This document shows, piece after piece, positions 57,120-64,000 of a stretch of 64,000 bases of DNA. Positions within the stretch are counted from its first letter, which is position 1; each line of letters starts with the position of its first letter. The notes below the pieces were generated by a model that worked only from the letters and a program-made list of their open reading frames with translations, had not been told where the DNA came from and did not search any database. Origin of the DNA: Anaeromyxobacteraceae bacterium. Its GTDB lineage: Bacteria > Myxococcota > Myxococcia > Myxococcales > Anaeromyxobacteraceae. The position numbers were made by a program, and so were the translations under genes. The stretch spans positions 384,001 to 448,000 of the forward strand of contig JAULAX010000015.1 in NCBI GenBank assembly GCA_032654565.1, given 5' to 3'.

Positions 57120-59008
57120 GCCTCGCCTTCCTCAGCCCGGCGCTGCTCTGGGGGCTCGGCGCCGCCTCGCTGCCGCTGCTGATCCACCTCTTCTTCCGCC
57201 GCCGCCCGCGCCCGCTGGCCTTCCCGGCCTTCGAGTTCGTGGTCAAGGCCCGGCGCCAGACCGAGCGGCGGCTCAAGCTGCGCAAGCTGCTGCTCTTCCT
57301 GGCCCGCACCCTGGCGCTGGCGGCGGTGGCGCTGGCCCTGGCCCGGCCCCAGCTGGAGCGCCCCGGTGTGGCCGCCGCGGCCACCGCCGGCCCGGCCGCC
57401 ACCGTGCTGCTGCTCGACGGCTCCGGCTCGATGGGCTACCGGCTGGGCGGCGAGACCCTCTTCGAGCGCGGCCGGCGCGAGGCGCTGGCGGCGCTGGCCC
57501 GGCTCGGCCCCGAGGAGCCGGTGGCGGTCCTGGCCTGCGACGGCGCCCCGCCCCGGGCCACGGCGCCCTCGTTCGACCGGGCCGCGGCCCGCCAGGCGCT
57601 CGAGGAGGCCCGGCCCGGCGCCGCCCACGCCGACCTGACCACCTGCCTGGCCGCCGCCGCCCAGGCGCTGGGCGAGGGGCGCGGCCAGGAGCGGCTGGGG
57701 AAGCGGGTGGTGGTGTTCACCGACCTGACCGCCGCCGCCTGGCGGCTGGAGGCGCCGCCGCCGGAGGTGCCGGTGGCCGGCGGCCCGCCGCGGCGCCCCG
57801 AGGTGCGGGTGGTGGACGTGGCCCGCGGCGCCCCGCTGCCCAACCTGGCGGTGACCGGCCTGACCGCCGAGCCCGACGCCGCGGTGGGGCCGCGCGGCTA
57901 CCGGGTGACGGTGACGGTGCTGAACGCCGGCGAGGAGCGGGCCGGCGAGGTCTCGCTGACGCTGCGGGCCGCCGGCGATCCCCGCCCCCCGGTGCGGGCC
58001 TTCCTCGACCTGCCCCCCGGCGGCAGCGTCCGCAAGACCTTCTCCCACGCCTTCACCGCCGGTGGACCGGCGGTGCTGGCCGCGGCGCTCCCCGCCGACG
58101 CCCTGGCCTTCGACGACCAGCGCGAGCTGGCGCTGCGGGTGCCGCGCGAGGTGCGGGCCCTGGTGGTGGACGGCGCCCCGTCGCCGGTGAAGCTGCGCGA
58201 CGAGGCCTGGTTCGTGGAGGCGGCGCTCGGCTCCACCGCCTCGCCGGTGCGCCCCACGCTGATCGACGCCGAGGCGCTGGCCAGCGCCGACCTCAAGGCC
58301 TTCGACGTGGTGCTGCTGCTCAACGTCCGCAGCGTGGGGCGGCGCGGCGCCGACCTGGAGGCCTTCGTGCTGGCCGGCGGCGGGCTCTTCGTCTCCATGG
58401 GCGACCAGGTCGACCCCGACGCCTTCAACCGCGAGCTGGGGCCGCTGCTGCCGCTCCAGCTCCACCTGGTGAAGACCGCCGCCACCCGGCTGGCCCGCGT
58501 CGACGAGGCCCACCCGGCGCTGGCCATCTTCACCGGCGAGGCCCGCGAGGGGCTGACCGGGGCCCGCTTCACCCGCTACATGCTGACCCGGCCGGCCGGG
58601 CGCGGCGAGCCGCCGGCGGTGCTGGCCGCCTTCGAGGACGGGGCCCCGGCGCTGGTGGAGGCCCGGCGCGGCAAGGGGCGGGTGCTGCTCTACACCTCCA
58701 CCGTCGACCGCGAGTGGACCGACTGGCCGCTGCGCACCAGCTTCCTCCCCGCCATGCAGCGCTTCGCCGGCTGGCTCTCCGGCGAGCTGGAGGGCGGGCA
58801 GGCGGTGAGCGCGGTCATCGACGCCCGCGAGTCGGACACCCGCCGGCTCGACCCGGCCACGCTGGCCGGCTGGCTGGGCGGGCAGGCCACGGCGCGGGTC
58901 GAGGCCGCGGCCGGCGCCCCGGGGGCGGGGCCGGGGGTGCCGCTCTGGTCGCTGCTGCTGCTGGCGGCGGTGGGGCTCTTCCTCGCCGAGGCGGCGCTGC
59001 TCTCATGA
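57116..59008 (+). CDS. BatA/vWA-domain membrane protein
   Basis: [10 protein letters not shown]...LPLLIHL (BatA), DGSGSM MIDAS and a C-terminal TM; GTG overlaps the DUF58 stop. Confidence 0.85.
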
Positions 59009-60102
59009 CCGGGCGCGACCTCGACCGCCGGGTGGCCGGCCTGCTCTGCGTCGGCTTCCACGGGGTGACGCCCTCGGCCGAGGTGCTGGAGCTGATCGAC
59101 CGCGGCGTCGGCGGCGTCATCCTCTTCTCACGCAACCTGGTCGACGCCGCGCAGGTGGCCGCGCTGACCGGGGCGCTCAAGCGCGCCGCCGGCCGGCCGC
59201 TGCTCGTCTCCATCGACCAGGAGGGGGGGCGGGTGGCGCGGCTGCGAGCCGCCCACGGCTTCACCGAGCTGCCCCCCATGCGCCGGCTCGGCGAGGCCGG
59301 CGACGAGCGGCTGGCCTTCGCGGCCGGGGCGCTGCTGGGGCGCGAGCTGCGCGCCGTCGGCGTCGACCAGGACTACGCCCCGGTGGTGGACGTCGACACC
59401 AACCCGCAGAACCCGGTCATCGGCGACCGCAGCCTGTCGTCGGACCCGGCGCGGGTGGGGCGGCTGGGCGCGGCGCTGGCGCTCGGCCTGCAATCGGCCG
59501 GGGTGGCGGCCTGCGCCAAGCACTTCCCCGGCCACGGCGACACCAGCCAGGACTCGCACCTGACGCTGCCGCGGCTGCCCCACCCGCTGGAGCGGCTGCT
59601 GGCCGTGGAGCTGCCCCCCTTCACGGCGCTGGCCCGGGCCGGGGTGGCGGCGGTGATGACCGCCCACGTGGTCTTCGAGCCGCTCGACCCGGTCCGCCCC
59701 GCCACCCTCTCGCCGGCGGTGCTGCGGCTCCTGCGCGAGACCTGCGGCTTCCGCGGCGCCTGCGTCTCCGACGACCTGGAGATGAAGGGGATCGCCGCTC
59801 ACTTCCCTCTGGAGGAGATCGCGCCGGGCGCGGTGGCGGCCGGCGTCGACCAGCTGCTGGTCTGCCACACCGCCGCCCTGCAGCACCGGGTCATCGACCT
59901 GGTGCGCGCCGCCGTGGAGGCGGGCCGGCTGCCGCGGGGGCGGCTCGACGAGGCCGCGGCGCGGGTGGCGGGGCTGCTGCGCTGGGCCGGGCCGCCGCCG
60001 GACCCGCGGGCGGCGGGCGCCGCGCTGCGCACCGCCGAGCACCTGGCGCTGGCCGAGGCGCTGGGGGGACCGGGGGCGGGGCGCGATCCGACCGGAGGCT
60101 GA
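59005..60102 (+). CDS. nagZ: GH3 beta-N-acetylhexosaminidase
   Basis: [33 protein letters not shown] and SDDLEM motifs. Confidence 0.92.
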   Translation: MTGRDLDRRVAGLLCVGFHGVTPSAEVLELIDRGVGGVILFSRNLVDAAQVAALTGALKRAAGRPLLVSIDQEGGRVARLRAAHGFTELPPMRRLGEAGDERLAFAAGALLGRELRAVGVDQDYAPVVDVDTNPQNPVIGDRSLSSDPARVGRLGAALALGLQSAGVAACAKHFPGHGDTSQDSHLTLPRLPHPLERLLAVELPPFTALARAGVAAVMTAHVVFEPLDPVRPATLSPAVLRLLRETCGFRGACVSDDLEMKGIAAHFPLEEIAPGAVAAGVDQLLVCHTAALQHRVIDLVRAAVEAGRLPRGRLDEAAARVAGLLRWAGPPPDPRAAGAALRTAEHLALAEALGGPGAGRDPTGG

Positions 60103-60172
60103 GCGGGGGACCGCGCGGCGGCCGAGCGGCGGCCGAGCGGCGGGCCGGGTGGTGCCGGCCGGCGGTCGGGAC

Positions 60173-61528
60173 CTAGGCGCGACGCTCGAGGATCTTGAGC
60201 GCCACCAGCCCGTAGAGGAAGCCGTAGACCACGTGCTCCGGCCGCTTGGCCAGCGCCACCAGCTCGGCGACGGCGCGGGTGCCGTCGACGCGGGGCAGCA
60301 GCTCGGCCTCCCACTTCTCCAGCTCCACCTCGTGCAGCCCGAAGGCCGGCTGCGGCGTGGGGATGAGCCGGTCCTCCGGCGAGAGGATGCGGAAGAGCCG
60401 CTCCGGCTTGTAGAGCTTCTTGACCCCGCGGGTGATGATGTGGGCCGGGTGCAGGTCGATCTTGATGGCCTGCTTGGAGGCCCGGTCGGCGAAGTGGAGC
60501 CGGTACTGGCCCTCCTCCCAGCCGAACAGCGAGTAGATGATGGCCTTCACCTGCTGGGCCACGAAGTAGAGCTTCTCGGTCTCCTTGAGGAGGTTCATCT
60601 CCACCAGGATGTCGCCGGTGCGCCGGCCGGTCTTGTCGGCGGCGGCCCGCACCAGCAGCAGCTGCCCCTGGGTGATCTTGCCGACGCGGACCAGGAAGGG
60701 GCCGAAGCGGTCGGTGACCAGATTGGAGATGGCGAAGCAGGGTGCGCCGGCCTCGAAGTAGATGGTCTTCTTCACCTTGCCGCGCTGCACCGTCAGCTCG
60801 CCGGTCTGCTGCGCGAGGTGGAAGGCGGTGAGCAGGTCGGGCAGGTTCTCGTCGAGCGTCCCCTCCGGCGGCGGGGTGTTGACGAGGCGGGCCGCGGCCT
60901 TGGCCACCAGGCTGGCGGCGTGGACCTCGGCGGCCGGCGGCGGGGTCAGGGTCGCGGAAGGGGGCGGCTGGGCCGGGATGCCCAGCGAGGAGGCGGTGAC
61001 GGTCTCGCCGCGCAGCACCGCCGAGACCTTGCCGCCCTCGGTCAGCACCACCCGGCCGGTCAGCTCCATGGCGTCGACCGGCTCGTCGGTCTCCACGGCG
61101 ATGTCGACGTCGAAGTCGTCGGTCGACTCGGGCGGCGGCACGCTGGAGGTGCGCGAGGGGGCCTCGGGCGGCAGCAGCGCCCGGACGGCGTCGATGAGGG
61201 TCTTGCCGGGGAACGGCTTCTCGAAGTAGCCGGCGGCGCCGTGCTGGCTGCGCGCCTCGGAGGCGGCCCGGCCGCCCTTCAAGACCCCGGTCATGAAGAC
61301 GTAGGGGACGCCCACCTTCTTGAGGACCGCCCCCACCTCGTAGCCCATCATGTCGGGCAGCAGCAGGTCGACCACCGCCGCCGAGGGGGGATCGGCGGCG
61401 ATCCACTCCAGGGCGGAGCGGCCGCGCAGCGCGGTGACCGCCTCCCAGCCCTCGGCCTCGACGAGGCGGGCCAGCAGGTTGACCAGTTCGGCGTTGTCGT
61501 CGACGAGGAGGATGCGCGGGCGGCTCAT
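60173..61528 (-). CDS. Response regulator with DUF4388 (PATAN-like) domain
   Basis: N-terminal receiver; then EGTLDE.LPDLL...TGELTV.RG...KTIYFEAG and FGWEEGQY. Confidence 0.82.
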   Translation of the reverse strand: MSRPRILLVDDNAELVNLLARLVEAEGWEAVTALRGRSALEWIAADPPSAAVVDLLLPDMMGYEVGAVLKKVGVPYVFMTGVLKGGRAASEARSQHGAAGYFEKPFPGKTLIDAVRALLPPEAPSRTSSVPPPESTDDFDVDIAVETDEPVDAMELTGRVVLTEGGKVSAVLRGETVTASSLGIPAQPPPSATLTPPPAAEVHAASLVAKAAARLVNTPPPEGTLDENLPDLLTAFHLAQQTGELTVQRGKVKKTIYFEAGAPCFAISNLVTDRFGPFLVRVGKITQGQLLLVRAAADKTGRRTGDILVEMNLLKETEKLYFVAQQVKAIIYSLFGWEEGQYRLHFADRASKQAIKIDLHPAHIITRGVKKLYKPERLFRILSPEDRLIPTPQPAFGLHEVELEKWEAELLPRVDGTRAVAELVALAKRPEHVVYGFLYGLVALKILERRA

Positions 61529-62754
61529 CGTGGGGCGAGCATAGCACGCGGCATGAGCCCCAGCCGCCGGCGCCGGGCCGGCCCGGCCGCCAGGTGCAGC
61601 AGCGCCCCCACCACCCCGATGGCCAGGCAGCCGAGCCAGAGCACCCGCCCCCCGTAGCGGTGCAGCACCTGCCCGCCCAGCAGCGGCGAGAGCGTGAAGG
61701 CCAGCCCCCAGGACATGGAGAAGGCCCCCTGGTACCGGCCGCGCAGCTCGGGCGGGGCCAGGTCGGCGACGATGGCCGAGGCCACCGGGAAGCCCAGCAC
61801 TTCACCCACGGTGTATAGGGCGGCGGCGGCCAGGTAGGCGGGGAGCGAGCCCCCGAAGGCGTTGAGGCCGAAGCCGAGGCCGATGAGCAGGGAGGAGAGG
61901 GCCAGCACCCGGGCGCCGTCGTGGCGGTGCAGGTGGGGCGAGAGCAGCGGCTGCAGCACCACCACCCCGAGGCCGTTGAGCGCCATGATCATGGAGAAGC
62001 CGGCCGGGCCGACGCCGTGGGCGGCGTAGTCGAGCGGCGCCGCCAGCTGGAACTGGGTGAAGACCAGCAGCACCAGCAGGTGCAGGCCGAGGAAGACCAT
62101 GAAGGGCCCGTCGCCGAGGAGCCGGCGCAGGCCGGGCCCGGCCGGGGCGGCGGCGTCGAGGTGGGCCGGGCGGGTCTCGGGCACCCGGGCCAGCACGATG
62201 CCAGCGAAGCAGAGCGAGGTGACGGCGTCGGCGAGGAAGAGGGCCAGCATGGAGCGCTCGGCCACGAAGCCGGCCACCGAGAGGCTGATGGCCCAGCCGA
62301 GGTTGACCGCCCAGTAGATCAGGCCGTAGGCCCGGGCCCGGTCGGCGGGCGGGACGATGTCGGCCACCGCCGCCTGCGCCGCCGGCCGGTAGGTGTCGCC
62401 GGTGAGCGCCGCCAGGAAGGCCACGAAGGTGAGCCAGGCGGGGTCGCGCAGGAAGCCGAGCACCGCCACGCAGCAGCCGCCCAGGGAGAGGCCGAGCAGC
62501 ATGGTGCGGCGGCGGCCGATGCGGTCGGCCAGGGCGCCCCCCAGCGGGCCGGCCAGCAGCAGCCCAGAGCCATAGATGGCCACCACCAGCCCGGCCTGCT
62601 CGGCGCTGAAGGCCCGGTCGTGGACCAGGAAGAGGGCCAGGAAGGTGATGACGAAGGAGGCCAGCCGGTTGACCAGCATCCCGGCCCAGAGCGTCCAGAA
62701 GAGCGGGGGCAGGCCGCCGGTGGCGGCGCGGAAGCGGCGGGCGAGGGGGTTCAC
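61525..62754 (-). CDS. MFS transporter (MdtH-like)
   Basis: GGALADRIGRR motif A, about 12 TMs, RGRYQG; GTG start at 62754. Confidence 0.88.
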   Translation of the reverse strand: MNPLARRFRAATGGLPPLFWTLWAGMLVNRLASFVITFLALFLVHDRAFSAEQAGLVVAIYGSGLLLAGPLGGALADRIGRRRTMLLGLSLGGCCVAVLGFLRDPAWLTFVAFLAALTGDTYRPAAQAAVADIVPPADRARAYGLIYWAVNLGWAISLSVAGFVAERSMLALFLADAVTSLCFAGIVLARVPETRPAHLDAAAPAGPGLRRLLGDGPFMVFLGLHLLVLLVFTQFQLAAPLDYAAHGVGPAGFSMIMALNGLGVVVLQPLLSPHLHRHDGARVLALSSLLIGLGFGLNAFGGSLPAYLAAAALYTVGEVLGFPVASAIVADLAPPELRGRYQGAFSMSWGLAFTLSPLLGGQVLHRYGGRVLWLGCLAIGVVGALLHLAAGPARRRRLGLMPRAMLAPR

Positions 62755-62794
62755 GGCGGGAGGGAGGGTAGCGCGGCGGCCCGTCACGGGCACG

Positions 62795-62831
62795 AAAAGC
62801 GAAGAGGGCGACCCCCTCGCGGTGGTCGCCC
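62795..62831 (-). terminator. Probable glnA intrinsic terminator
   Basis: GGGCGACC/GGTCGCCC stem followed on the minus strand by TCTTCGCTTTT. Confidence 0.6.
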
Positions 62832-62857
62832 CCTCCATCAGCCGTACGACGGCGATG

Positions 62858-64000
<1,143 letters not shown>

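Overview
GC-rich bacterial chromosomal segment; gene content (DUF4388 regulator, Cys-rich PKD lipoprotein, DUF4175/MoxR operon) suggests a myxobacterium, probably Anaeromyxobacter-like (inference). Left to right: (1) 1-10.8 kb, a surface-polysaccharide locus (two GT4s, AsnB-type amidotransferase, WecA/WbpL, nucleotidyltransferase, WbpP, WbpA/O, WbpM) whose first ~6.4 kb is visibly lower in GC. (2) 10.77-16.27 kb, an accessory array of three unrelated toxin-antitoxin modules: DUF6088/AbiEii, HigB/HigA-ImmA, and AbiEi/nucleotidyltransferase. Each is preceded by the same indel-free 91-bp unit (terminator hairpin, -10 box, Myxococcus-type LexA-like box, ATG). Two copies of a 156-bp multi-hairpin element bracket the third module, and two of the three toxins look inactivated by internal deletions. 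This is the best candidate for an undescribed system. (3) A hybrid histidine kinase flanked by two receivers. (4) wzb-wza-wzc, wzi, a GT4 and dgkA. (5) A 9-repeat PKD-like lipoprotein and an ABC exporter. (6) cusBA and a ~2060-aa multicopper oxidase on an Ig-like stalk, which shares an upstream 24-bp motif with a Kelch lipoprotein gene. (7) An ECF sigma/anti-sigma pair, a DUF4175-peptidase-MoxR-DUF58-vWA-nagZ operon, a REC-DUF4388 regulator, an MFS transporter and partial glnA. No rRNA, tRNA, CRISPR array, integrase or intact transposase was recognised. All family calls come from motif recognition by eye, not database searches.
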